DNA of 64,000 nt from Haliotis rufescens (lineage: Eukaryota), in contig NW_025964334.1 in assembly GCF_023055435.1 (NCBI RefSeq), positions 22,134,001 through 22,198,000 on the forward strand, written 5' to 3'. The notes under the pieces were generated by a model. The model worked only from the letters and a program-made list of their open reading frames with translations, was not told where the DNA came from and did no database searches. This document shows positions 11,860 to 23,234 of this stretch, piece by piece. Made by a program: the position numbers and the translations under genes. Position 1 is the first letter of the stretch. Every line of letters starts with the position of its first letter.

Positions 11860-13153
11860 ATGTACACATTGTTTTGACCATCAATTAGGACAACAAATTA
11901 CCACATGTTGAGTTCATTGCATAATTAGAAGTAAGAATTTTTGAAAAATTATTGTAAGTACCAGAACAGGTTTTAGCACACTTCAAACCAATCCCTCCCT
12001 CATCAGCCTATTTCTCATTAGACACAGACCTGAGACTTGATCATTGTAAGATGACAATATTAATGTATGGCTTCTGTCCCAACTGCTGAGTGGAGAGGCT
12101 AGTAAGAATTGCGTCACTGGAAGGAACTCTTCAGATAATGAGATGAAAAAGTGGAGTTCTGAAGCAAGCACATGGCACACCTTGGGAATTAGCCTAATTG
12201 TAAAGATGGAATGAACTCCTCTGTGTTGTATGTTAGAGTGCCTCTCTGTCTGCCACAGAGGGGTCTGTTCAGTGTTCTTGGAGAGTTCAGTGGGGGGAAC
12301 TAAGCATGGAGGTCCCGATGCGATATCCATTGCGATACCACGATTGCAATACGATGCATATTGACTCCTTTGTGCCTCCCTGTTAATTCCTCCTGCTCAC
12401 CTGTGTCTTTTCAGTGTATATTTTGCAGTCCAAACATTTTGGCTGGTGTGGTGTCGAGTAATATTCAAGCTGAGATAATATGTGTGTTTGGATCTATACT
12501 GTTAGGAAGAGATAAAGTTAATACTTGATGTGATAAACAAACATTTTTTTTATATATTTGGTGATGTATTGGAGCGCGGATTAAAATAGAAAAATAGCTT
12601 TTTTTCTTGTTTTGCGAATTTTCTCTATCAAATGTGCCGTTGATTCAGAAGGCAATTTTTTTTTTCATTGTTGTCTGATTGAACCATATACATACACACA
12701 TAACTTGATTTCAGAAACTACTTGTTAGTCTAGTCATTCTGATGTCCTTGTGGTCAAACAAAGAGTTTGGATGTATTTGTAACATCAAATATTGTGTTGC
12801 ACCAAGAGCCCCATTAGTGGTGGAGACCTGTCAAACCGACACTCTACCCCACTCTTTTGTAGCTCTAGATGTTATAGCTGACAGTAGATACGCTCCAGTT
12901 TTGAATGTTGTTGATGCTGAGAAAGATCAAGATAACAATATATTTGCAGGAGTTGAAGAGGGTTATTAGTCAGGGACTTGTATGTTGTTGTATTTCCATG
13001 ACTGAATCGTTGTTCCAGCTGTTCCTTGTTATAATAAGCACAACAGGGGATAAGTGCATTATCATCCTGGGGATGTAACTGTGGGATACACTACTTATGT
13101 AAGGGTACAATAGCATAGCTGTGTGTCAGTAGAACATGCTGGTGCTGTAATGA

Positions 13154-13450
13154 GACACTTGTGTTTCTGTAGTGTAGGACACCCTTGTGTTTCTGTAGTG
13201 TAGGATACCCTTGTGTTTCTGTAGTGAAGGACACCCTTGTGTTCCTGTAGTGTAGGACACCCTTGTGTTTCTGTAGTGTAGGACACCCTTGTGTTTCTGT
13301 AGTGTAGGACACCCTTGTGTTTCTGTAGTGTAGGACACCCTGGTCTTCCTGTTGTGAAGGACACCTTGTGGTCCTGTAATGGTTAGACACCCTGGTCTTC
13401 CTGTTGTGAAGGACACCTTGTGGTCCTGTAATTAAGAAAACCTGGTGTTC
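13154..13450. repeat. 26-bp minisatellite, about 11 copies, decaying rightwards
   Basis: Unit GACACCCTTGTGTTTCTGTAGTGTAG. Confidence 0.92.
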
Positions 13451-13592
13451 TTGTTATGTGGTACAGTCTGGTGTTCTTGTCGTGAGCTTTCTTGTGACTG
13501 TATTGGTGTATTTGTAAAGGAGGACTTTCATGTGTCTGTAGGTAGGAAACACTTGTATCTGTTCAGGAGGTTTCCATCATGCATCTGTAATG

Positions 13593-13700
13593 GACCCCGT
13601 TCCACAAAGCAATCTTAGTGCTGAGCCGATTACAACTTCCATGCCTTATCATAGTCTAACAATAGTCTTTACGCTAGGATCGTTTTTGTGGAACAGCGCA
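13593..13700. mobile_element. MITE family G, diverged
   Basis: GTTCCACAAAGCAATCTTAGTGCT...GCTAGGATCGTTTTTGTGGAAC; right flank CTG. Confidence 0.7.
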
Positions 13701-14378
13701 CTGGTGACAGACCTTCGTGCATCTCAAACATTATAATATCAATATGAACTGCATTTTAATCTCTCATAATGGAAGTTATATTACTCTAAGTATACCACCT
13801 GTGTTTCATTAATGATTACACAAGACCAAACAGTGTCTGATACAACTCTGTATTACATCTCTTGCTGGTACATAATAGCCTTGCATGATGTAATCCTATC
13901 AGGCTAAGGAGCTGTAAATTTTGCTGCCATAATGAAGATAAGTGGCCATTTTGAGTGTTGAGGAGCTTGCATGGGCTTTGTAGCACATTACTGTCTGAGA
14001 GTGACATACAGTCGGCACTTGTCCATGGATTTTGTGCAATGACAACATCATTGTTTTGTTATGATAGGAGCAGCTGTCAGTCAGGGTTGTTAGAGGAGTT
14101 CAAGAAAGGATTTTGTTGTCTTGAATAGCCATTGATGATTATAATACTGGTGTTGATGTAAATCAATTTGTGTATCAGAAGGTTCAAACAGGGAAGAAGT
14201 GTCCCCACACCATGATCTGAAAAGTCAATTCATTAGCATAGCACACATCAAAGAGTGATACAACACTTTATTGATGCATAATAGCACAGCCAGTCATTAA
14301 CTGGGATTGACCATCAGGGAACTTTGCAGGTGTGATACACTACTCAAAGAGTGAGAGAGTGACTGAAATATTTTCTAC

Positions 14379-14499
14379 CAGTGTTTGAAATAAAGCAAGA
14401 ATGTTGAGTGGTCCTTGACATAAGCATAATGTTGAATTTAAGGGTGTCCACAGATGCAAACCTAAAGGTTCCCTGTAACACCCTTATTTTCTAACACTG
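14379..14499. mobile_element. MITE family F (CAGTGTT termini, hAT-like)
   Basis: CAGTGTTTGAAATAA...TTATTTTCTAACACTG. Same termini at 16988-17408 and 38581-38932; no clear TSD. Confidence 0.55.
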
Positions 14500-14554
14500 C
14501 ATAGTGTTACAAGACAGAAGACAGCCATTTGTTTACTTTGTTTATTGTGATTTG

Positions 14555-14631
14555 ATATTCCCCCCGAATTATGCTGACACACTGATATATAACTGGAATA
14601 CTATTTAAAGCAGTGTTAAACTCAGCTCACT
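14555..14631 (+). mobile_element. SINE family B 3' fragment
   Basis: GCTGACAC...GATATATAACTGGAATACT...GTGTTAAACTCAGCTCACT. Confidence 0.65.
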
Positions 14632-15662
14632 TTCTGTGAAAAAATTCTTCCGATCAATTCGTCGGTCAAACAGACACTGAAACAAATATGTCCAATACAG
14701 ACCATGCAAGTCTGTAATAGTTGGCAAGTCTAGTTAACTACAGTTTGTGAAGGGAATCTCTGGTCTGCTTTTTATTATATTTTATTAAGATAATTTAACA
14801 ACTGTTTTGTCTGTAAAATACTTTCATTTCGGAGACTAGACGTCAGTCTACCAATCAATAGCAGTATTGAATACAATTCCAATCTTAAACCAATCTGGAA
14901 CACAAAGTGATGTAAAAAGACTTCGGGGGCCAGTAGGCTCAAATTTATTGGGCACATCTAAATTATGTTAGTGTCAATACAGAGAAATTAGATCTAATTG
15001 TGTTTATGATCTATTGATATCAAAATGTAAATCCAAGGCAGCGTTTGTAACTTTTTTGTTGAGATCTTCATTTTAGCAATTTTGTGCACACAGTGGACTA
15101 TTCTTGATGGCATTCCAAGCATGTAGTAAGGCTTAAGATTGATTCTTCTTTCACGCCATTGAATCGTTCTGGCTATCAGTTGGGGTTTTGTTATCAATCA
15201 TTGGTCTAAAACTGTTTGTTCACACAGATCGTTCATCAATAATTAATCAGTGGCTAATGTTTTCTGCGTTTTCCAGAAATTGCATGAAAGAGAATCTGTG
15301 TTTACCATGATTTGAAATAGAATGTTATTTCATAAGTGATGTGGGATTGGTTGCAATTGATTGTGAAATTGTGTTAGTGTGTAATTTTACATATCAGACG
15401 AACTGTCTTCTGACATTTTGGATAAAGAATTGATATAATTCAATTATGGACACTTACCGGGTGGCCAACCTATCATCAGTTGTATTCATTGATACTCCAG
15501 TATTATTGACTGATTGTTTTCCAAAATTTCATGAAAATTCTTTAAAAAAATGGTAATGGTGAAGAAATGTCCTGTGAAAACATTGATAAAATCATGAAAA
15601 GTTTGCACATCTCTCCCTCCAGCAAACACATTGATAATCTAGTAGCAGGTCCTTCCCCTGCA

Positions 15663-16243
15663 GACTGCCTCTGTGGTCTAGTGTAGCCCTGGCCGTGCCA
15701 TGTAAAAAAAAGTTAAAAGATGGTACTTGTTGTTTCCCTGCCTGGCACTGTGCATTAAGGGGATAAAACAAGGAGTGGTCAGCTCAGATTCAGTACACTG
15801 TGTCTGAGTGGGGTATCCATGTTATTTCAGTAGGCTGGCACTATAAAACCATCATTAGTCCTGATGAGCATCTCTCTCTCCCTCCCCCCTACACACACGA
15901 TTCACGGGGGAGAATAGGTCTTCAGCAACCCATGCTTGCCGTAAAAGGCGACTATGCTTGTCGTAAAAGGCGACTAACGGTATCGGGTGGTCAGGCTCGC
16001 TGACTTGGTTGATACATGTCATCGATCCCAATTGCGTGGATCGATGCTCATGATATCAATCACTGGATTGTCTGGTCCAGACTCGATTATTTACAGACCG
16101 CCATCATATAGCTGGAATATTGCTGAGTGCGGTGTTAAACAACAAACCAACCAACCAACCAACCAACCAACACACGCACGCATGCACGTCACTTTAAAAG
16201 TGCAATAATCTTGAATGGAACGTTAAACCCCATTTCACCTCTT
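15663..16243 (+). mobile_element. SINE family D interrupted by a family C copy
   Basis: Core TTAAAAGATGGTACTTGTTGTTTCCCTGCCTGGCACTGTGCATTAAGGG. The 3' end AAGTGCAATAATCTTGAATGGAACGTTAAACCCCATTTCACC resumes after 16170. Confidence 0.75.
15899..16170 (+). mobile_element. Family C retroposon (duplicated-hairpin variant), slightly 5'-truncated, nested in D
   Basis: Near-consensus body, (AACC)n tail, ACACACG on both sides. Confidence 0.9.
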
Positions 16244-16987
16244 CCGCTGCAGTAGGTACAGGGGATGTAATATTGTCTGGGAGCCCCACCCTCTCTGACC
16301 TGACCTTGGGGAGGCTGTAGTTTGCTCTAAACATATGGAGGCGTTTGGCTTATTGCTGAGTCGGGTAAGGGCTACCCTGCTGCAGGGGAGCTACAGTCTA
16401 ACACAACACAGATGCAAAGGGCATCCTCACATTGTGTCTTGATTGAACAAGTGCAAGTGCATATTGGTGTGTGAGCACATTTATAGGTTTTGGGTAACGG
16501 CAGTGCACATTTAGTGAATTCTCATGTAACATTCCTAGTTGTTGCAAAAAGCAGGTATTCTTTTCATGTAAACATTGGAATTCTAAACATACTAAACATT
16601 TCAAATAAATTAGAAGTTAAAAGAAATATTTTAAACAATCAATGACAAGTAAAATTTACTTTCAGTTGTTATTAATGTTATTCTATGCTCTTGGATATGT
16701 TATGCAACAGGGTTATAAATATCACAATTTAATTCAATAATTAGGATAGTAAGGATGTGATGTTAACTATGACATACCCAGAAACCATATTTGTCTGCTG
16801 AGGAACTGTACTTGCAAGGGAATTACAAGATCTTGACAGAACCAGATTGAGTTGTCTTGTATCTTGGCCATTGATAACCATGATAACTGCAGGATGGCTC
16901 TTGTCCTTCATAAGTACCATGTACGATGCTGGTTGTTTCTCAGAATAAACAGAACCCAATATTACAGTTTTCATTTTCGACAGTTGG

Positions 16988-17408
16988 CAGTGTTCAAAAT
17001 CAAGCTTAGAAATCGATTGACTGTTTTTAAACCCAAATGTTAAAACTGAGACATTAGGGTCCCCAGATTACAATAATTGAAGCAAACATTAAGTTTTTTT
17101 GGGTTTGGTTTGTTGTTTTACGCCGCACTCAGCGGTATTCCAGCTATATGACGGCGGTCTGTAAATAATCGAGTCTGGACCAGACAATCCAGTGATTGAC
17201 ATCATGAACATCGATCCAAGCAATTGGACTCGATGACATGCATCAACCAAGTCAGCGAGCCTGACCACCCGATCCCGTTAGTCGCCTTTTACGACAAGCA
17301 TAGTCGCCTTTTACGGCAAGTATGAGTTGCTGAAGACCTATTCTACCCCGGAATCTTCACGGGTCCCAAACATTAAGGATCCTTGGACCTCCTTCATTTC
17401 AAACACTG
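16988..17408. mobile_element. MITE family F hosting a family C copy
   Basis: Termini CAGTGTTCAAAAT and ATTTCAAACACTG; internal GGGTCC/GGACC motifs. Confidence 0.6.
17094..17366 (-). mobile_element. Family C retroposon, full length
   Basis: Reverse complement starts GGACCCGTGAAGATTCCGGGGTAGAATAGG. Perfect 11-bp TSD CAAACATTAAG at 17083-17093 and 17367-17377. Confidence 0.92.
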
Positions 17409-18176
17409 AAGAAGTGTTCACCTTACATGTCCTTACAGGACTCAACATTTGCTTTAAAGAACCATTTGACTAAAGAAGACTGTTTGTGTCCTGAGCACAT
17501 GTTGAGTAGTGTAGTTTATTATGATCCATGACCTCACTGAACCATTGACATATTGTGGCCAGTTGTATAACAGTGCACTGATCATTTCAGTACATGCACA
17601 CAAATAGGCACGCCAGCTGCCAACCTTCACCTTCACTGTCAATACAGCATAAATCAAACAAGTCTTTTTCTTCAAGAAATCGCTCAAAGAACTTTATGCG
17701 CTATCAATACTCAGTTAAGAAAAATTCATGTTCTTGATGACCTATGACCATCAGATTACCTTCAACCCCCCCCCCCCACCCCCCACACACACACACCAAC
17801 ACACACCAACACCACCACATTCACCTAATGCCTATTAATCTTCACAGAACCACCTTCCTTGATGGTTCTTCACAGTTGCATGGTGTGAAGTCAAATGATC
17901 TGTCAGCAAGATTTCACTGGTGTACCTAATGACTTGATGTCAGATACAGGAGAAATGGGTTTAGTTCTCCATGTTGTTAAGACTCTTTAAGTGATCAAAG
18001 TGCCTTTGGGGCCTCTTGTGTGGTTCTCATCCCTTTGCTTTGAAATGTTTGGAAAAAAGGATCAAAGTGTTGCGTTGGCCTTTGAAAATTTGCTGTTAAA
18101 GAGATTTAAGTTCTATTGTTTGTTATTAACTGTGTGAGGCTTGCTTATTTTTTGTAAATAGGCCTTTAAGGGTCAG

Positions 18177-18605
18177 TTATGTTGCCATGATGACCACCAT
18201 ATCTTTGTCAACATATACTGTCATGGCAAACACAAGTTCTACATTATTTTATCTTGTCATGACAAACACCAGATCTATTTCCCACAGTTTTGCTATGATA
18301 AATGGTGTTACTTTCATACATATGTTGCCATTACAATAATTAGTTTTACATTGACACATATACTGCATTGACAAGCATTAGTTGTTCATTCATACACATG
18401 CTCCTTCTGTTTTCACATGAATTGCTACAAATGTTGCCACAATGCATGTTGTTATGACGACCATTAGTTCTATGTTCCTAAATATATGTTGCCATGATGA
18501 TAACTGGTTCCCCATTGATGCATGTTGTTATGACGACTGTTGGTTCTACGTTCGTATACATGTTGCAATGATGATAGCTGGTTACCTCAATAATACATAT
18601 GTAGC
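18177..18605. repeat. Degenerate ~36-bp tandem array with TGTTGCCATGA(C/T)(A/G)AC-like core
   Basis: The core recurs near 18180, 18215, 18252, 18288, 18322, 18445, 18487, 18522 and 18560. Confidence 0.6.
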
Positions 18606-18678
18606 CAGAAGATCCAGTGCAAACACACTGTAGTTATGTGGGTTGACAGTCCCTGCATACAAATGCTCGTTGTCCATC

Positions 18679-18941
18679 ACCCGTGAAGATCCGGGGTAGA
18701 ATAGGTTTTCAGCAACCCATGCTTGCAGTAAAAGGCAACTATGCTTGTCGTAAGAGGCGACTGACAGGATCGGTTGGTCAAGCTTGCTGATTTGGATGAT
18801 GATGTCGTCGTATCCGTAATGCGTAGTTCGATGCTCATGATATCAATCACTGGATTGTCTGGTCCGGACTGGATTATTTACAGGCAACCCTCATACAGCT
18901 GTAATATTGCTGAGTGCGGCATTAAACAACAAACAAACAAA
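18679..18941 (+). mobile_element. Family C retroposon, full length
   Basis: ACCCGTGAAGATCCGGGGTAGAATAGG...(AAAC)n; degenerate TSD GTTGTCCATC/GTTGTCTGTC. Confidence 0.9.
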
Positions 18942-19666
18942 TGGTTGTCTGTCTGTACATTGGCACATGTGAGGATATTGGGTTGAACAAATGTATGGAA
19001 AAGTTATTAGGAGCTAAATTATGTCTAGGTTTGGAGAATTAGGATAAGTCTTGCTTGAGAATGGTCTAATTATCTATACCGAAACGTCACTATTACAGTG
19101 TAATAAAGAAGTTGTTATCCATAAACTTTTATCTGCTCTGGAGATTGAGTGAGAAATGGGAGCTGTTGGTGTGTGTAGTTTGAGTACCTTAAACACTCCA
19201 ATGTTGAAGTATACAATATGCCTCGCCACCTGGGCAGTGTCATGCACACAAGTAATTTGCAGCCACCAGGGCGTGCAGAGTATCGGATTGATGTTTCTTA
19301 TGACGTGAAACAATAACTCACTGCTGTTGAACTTTACGAACCAAGTTTCAATTTGTCATACTTGATGCCATTATCACCCAGTTCGAGATTAGATTAGATG
19401 CCAACGATGCATGACTGGATTGATCATGTAATTAGTCTAATGCTCACAAGCATGCAAAGTGGTGTGGTTGCTGATTGTTCCTGGTTTTTCCTGGACATGC
19501 TACCTGGGCATGTCTGGCATAAATGGCCGTAGAAATTATTTTTTAAAGAGCAGTCCAACTAATTTTATTTCACTGGTTCCCCGAGTATGTTGCTATTATG
19601 CTTGAACAAGACTAATCTGTTGACTAAGTTTACATTTTCTGTCTGTTTTATTCACTCCCAACTTGT

Positions 19667-19938
19667 GACCCGTGAAGATCCGGGGTAGAATAGGTCTTCG
19701 GCAATCCATGCTTGCGTAAACGGTGACTATGCTTGTCGTAAGAGGCAACTAACAGGGTCGGGTGGTCAGACTCGCTCACTTGGTTGATGCATGTCATCAT
19801 ATCCATGTTGCGTGGGTCGATGTTCATGATATCAATTACTGCATTGTCTGGTCCAGACTTGATTATTTAGCGACCACCGTCATATGACTGTAATAGTGCT
19901 GAGTGTGGTGTTAAATAATAAACAAACAAATAAACAAA
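19667..19938 (+). mobile_element. Family C retroposon with ~35-bp flanking duplication; candidate source of the 42607 copy
   Basis: Flanks 19632-19666 and 19939-19972 align (ACATTTTCTGTC..TTTATTCACT.CC.A.TTGT). Confidence 0.9.
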
Positions 19939-20370
19939 ACATTTTCTGTCAGTTTATTCACTTCCTATTTGTAGTAAAATTGAAGCATTGAGAAGTGGTT
20001 CAAATAATGGCCAAAGAACAATTTTGGGCGAGCAAACTAGTGTGAATTTCGAAGGCTGCATAAAGGATGACTAATACGAGGAATCAAGTGAACCCGATTG
20101 TGTCAATGAGCTTTGTTTCAGTCAGCAGTATTGTTAGTTACGTAACAGTACCATGTAAGTAGTTGAGTCAGGAGTCACTAGACAAATCAGTGGAGGACAG
20201 GAGAAACCTTCCCTTCAACCAACATCCTGGGAAGATGGCTTACCATTAGCAATAGCTAGGTCAGACAATCATTCTAATTCTGGAGACACTATCTCGCAAA
20301 ACAGGTTATGGCCCTCAACTAATTGTGGCGTCTTGACCAAGGGTCTACTTACTCCAAGAGATCTCAAGAG

Positions 20371-20589
20371 GGAGCATGAGTGACCCTGTCATCTGAGGCA
20401 CATCAGTTCACAGAGTTACTTCCCTTGATCTCAGAAATCAGGTTTTCTCAGATTTGCCCTGGTTATGATTTGAGAGTTTTCAGCACCATATGTGCTCAAG
20501 GATTTCACCCGGAGTGAGAACATCTAGTACCTGAATCACTTTAGGCTTTCCTCCCCCCACATTAAGCTGACAGGCATTGATAACTCACT
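20371..20589 (+). mobile_element. Old SINE family B copy
   Basis: Diverged head GGGAGCATGAGTGACCCTGTCATCTGAGGC, plus CAGCACCATA and GGCTTTCCTCCCCCCACATTAAGCTGACA. Confidence 0.7.
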
Positions 20590-20604
20590 CTTTACGTTGT
20601 TGGG

Positions 20605-20889
20605 GGGCTGGAGTGGCCCAGTCGTCTAAGGCGCCGTGATTCGCTGTGCAGAGTTGCGTCCCTTGGGCATGCCTGAAACCTATGATTGTGGGTTCGAATC
20701 CCGGTTCGCCCTGATTATGTTTCTAGGTTTGTCAGCACCATACCTGTGCTCATGGGTTTCATCGAAGTGGTAAACGTCTGAGACCTGCATCACTTCCGGC
20801 TTTCGTCCCACATTAAGCTGACACGCCGTGATATAACTGGAATACTGTTAAAAGCGGCGTTAAACCCAACTCACTCACTCACTCACTCA
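20605..20889 (+). mobile_element. SINE family B inserted at the tail of an older B copy
   Basis: Full length; TSD CTTTACGT(T/C)GTTGGG at 20590-20604 and 20890-20904. Confidence 0.92.
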
Positions 20890-21276
20890 CTTTACGTCGT
20901 TGGGTAGTCTGACACTTTGTCAATGAAAACATGTCTTCAAAATAATTTACGAATTTCTTTTCAAAAGAACCTTTCCTCTTCTGCTGTTTTCATATATATG
21001 TGGAATCAATCAAATTAGACTTGGTTAGTTTGATCTAGACATGCTTAGGCTTTTAGTTAAAAAAAATACCTAAAATAAGAATTTCACAGTCATGGAGCAG
21101 GACTAATTGTTGGGCTGCCACCCATTCAAATATGCAGGCCCGCCGTTAATGGAAACAATGTTCCCAGACGACGTGGGTCAAGTCTCTGTTGTAGGTGTGC
21201 ATGTACCAGGTTCAATCAGAATGCTGAGGTACATCTGTCTTACGTGTAAAACCCACTCACCTACTCCTGTTACCCA

Positions 21277-21441
21277 ACCCATGAAGATCCGGGTTAGAAT
21301 TGGTCTTCAGCAACCCATGCTTGATGCATGTTGTCATCATTTCCCAAATGCGAAGATCAATACTCATGATGTTAATCACTGGATTGTCTGGTCATATAGC
21401 AGGAATATGACTGAGTGCAATGTTAAACAACAACCAAACAA
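21277..21441 (+). mobile_element. Family C retroposon with internal deletions
   Basis: Intact head ACCCATGAAGATCCGGGTTAGAATTGGTCTTCAGCAACCC and AAAC-type tail. Confidence 0.8.
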
Positions 21442-21505
21442 TCTATTACATACCGGGAATGAAGTGACTCAGAAAGGTTGATGCACCTTTTCTACAACTT
21501 GTACA

Positions 21506-21670
21506 GGGGCGGTTGGGTAGCCTAGTGGTTAAAGCGTTCACTCGTCACGCCAAAGACCCGGGTTCGATTCCCAACATGGGTACAATGTGTGAAGCCCATT
21601 TCACATGTCCCCAGCCATGATATTGCTGGAATATTGCTAAAAGCGGCATAAAACCTCACTCACTCACTCA
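21506..21670 (+). mobile_element. SINE family A (tRNA-Asp/Glu-like head)
   Basis: A-box TAGCCTAGTGG, B-box GGTTCGATTCC, (CACT)n tail. TSD CTACAACTTGTAC at 21492-21504 and 21671-21683. Confidence 0.93.
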
Positions 21671-22481
21671 CTACAACTTGTACCTGTTGGAACAATCAGC
21701 TATTGCACATATGCACCTAACACAAACCAAGACAATAAAATAGTGTGATATTGTTAAAGAAACCTCGAAGACCTATCTTATTTTTCCAACTATTGATTTC
21801 CATTGCGATACGAAGCAAGGCTGTGTGTAGATATGTCTCTGTTATGCACCAGTGGAAACGTCAGAGCAAGTGAAAAGTGATAAGTTTGTTGTGCTTATCA
21901 GAGCAATAACGTCATGCCGAGTTGAGACAGCTTTGACTTCATCTGTTGAAGTAGGCCATATTATTCCCTGGGAGGAATGCTTCCATGGAGGTTTTATGAG
22001 GAACTTCTGATTTATGAATATCTCCGTCTTGGATATGTTACTGTGGTTGTCGGCTTGTTCCAAGGATGATCCTTGGTAAAAGCAGTGGTTTCATATTTAC
22101 CATATCCAGTGTCAATAACATTGGTCATCAGGACAGCTGGAGGATATGTATTGGTAATGAGAAATGTTATTGTGTGGTCAGACATATACCAATGTCAAAA
22201 TGGGGCAAAGGCTTATGAAACTAGAAATAACACTTTGCTTGTTCGGCTGACATCAAAGGCATACAGAAAACATAAAAAGTAATTTTTGAAATATAGGTTG
22301 TTAAAAACCAATCAAAACAGAGACATAGTCTGGCTAGTTGCTGCTGGCTATGTGTCTACGATTCCATCAGTAGCTTGCATGCACTAAGGTTTAATAAAAT
22401 GGATGTAAGGATTTGACACAGCACCTTGTTTGCTTGTCTTAGTAAATAGTTATAAAGTATTCACATTTTATTAGTTTTCTG

Positions 22482-22739
22482 GGGGGCACGGATGGCCCAT
22501 ATTTGCAGAGTAGAGTTGTGTCCCTTCGACACACAACACACCTATGATTGTGGGTTCAAATCCCGGTTCACCTTTAATATGTTTCTAGGTTTGTCAGCAC
22601 CATACCCGTACTCATGGGTTTCACCAAAGTGGTAAACGTCTAAGACATGCATCCCTTCAAACTTTCCTTCAATATTAAGCTAACACACCGTTATATACTG
22701 GAATACTGTTGAAAGCAGTGTTAAACCCAACTCACTCAC
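22482..22739 (+). mobile_element. SINE family B
   Basis: TSD TATTAGTTTTCTG at 22469-22481 and 22740-22752. Confidence 0.88.
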
Positions 22740-23015
22740 TATTAGTTTTCTGCATTGTACATAAGTTACTGATCTGAAATCAATTGTTGACTGGTTGAAT
22801 TTGTCTCATGGTGTCTATTGTCATATATAATAAGAATGATTTACAGCATTTGAAACAAGTGAATTTATGCCACCGATCCCCATCATGATGTTTTGAAGAC
22901 CTCTTATGTGCTACCTATTTAAAAGTGCTTACAATGGTGACAAGCCAGACCCACTGACTCACTTGCGCATTGACTGCAGTGATATGTAGTGTTAAACATG
23001 TTGACCCAGGAAATT

Positions 23016-23234
23016 CCCTTGAAGATCCGGATTAAAATAGGTCTTCAGCAACTATGCTTGTCATAAGAGGCAGGCTCAATGACTGGGTTGATGCATGTCA
23101 TCATATACCAATAGCGTGGATCGATGCTCATGATATCAATCACTGGATTGTCTGGTCCAGACTCAATTATTTACAGACCGCTGTCATATAGCTGGAATAT
23201 TGGTGAGTGCTGCATTAAACAAAAAACAAACAAA
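23016..23234 (+). mobile_element. Family C retroposon flanked by ~80-bp direct repeats
   Basis: 22930-23012 and 23235-23310 both read TACAATGGTGACAA.CCAGACC.ACT.ACTCACTTG...GATATGTA.TGTTAAA...TTGACCCAGGAA. Confidence 0.88.

Noticed and set aside
13091-13416. Three overlapping minus-strand ORFs
   Set aside because: They are translations of the 26-bp minisatellite.
19667-19762. Family C head as a canonical HDV-like or hammerhead ribozyme
   Set aside because: It has no 5' P1 helix, no HDV L3 consensus and no CUGANGA/GAAA core. It is kept only as an unclassified structured RNA candidate.
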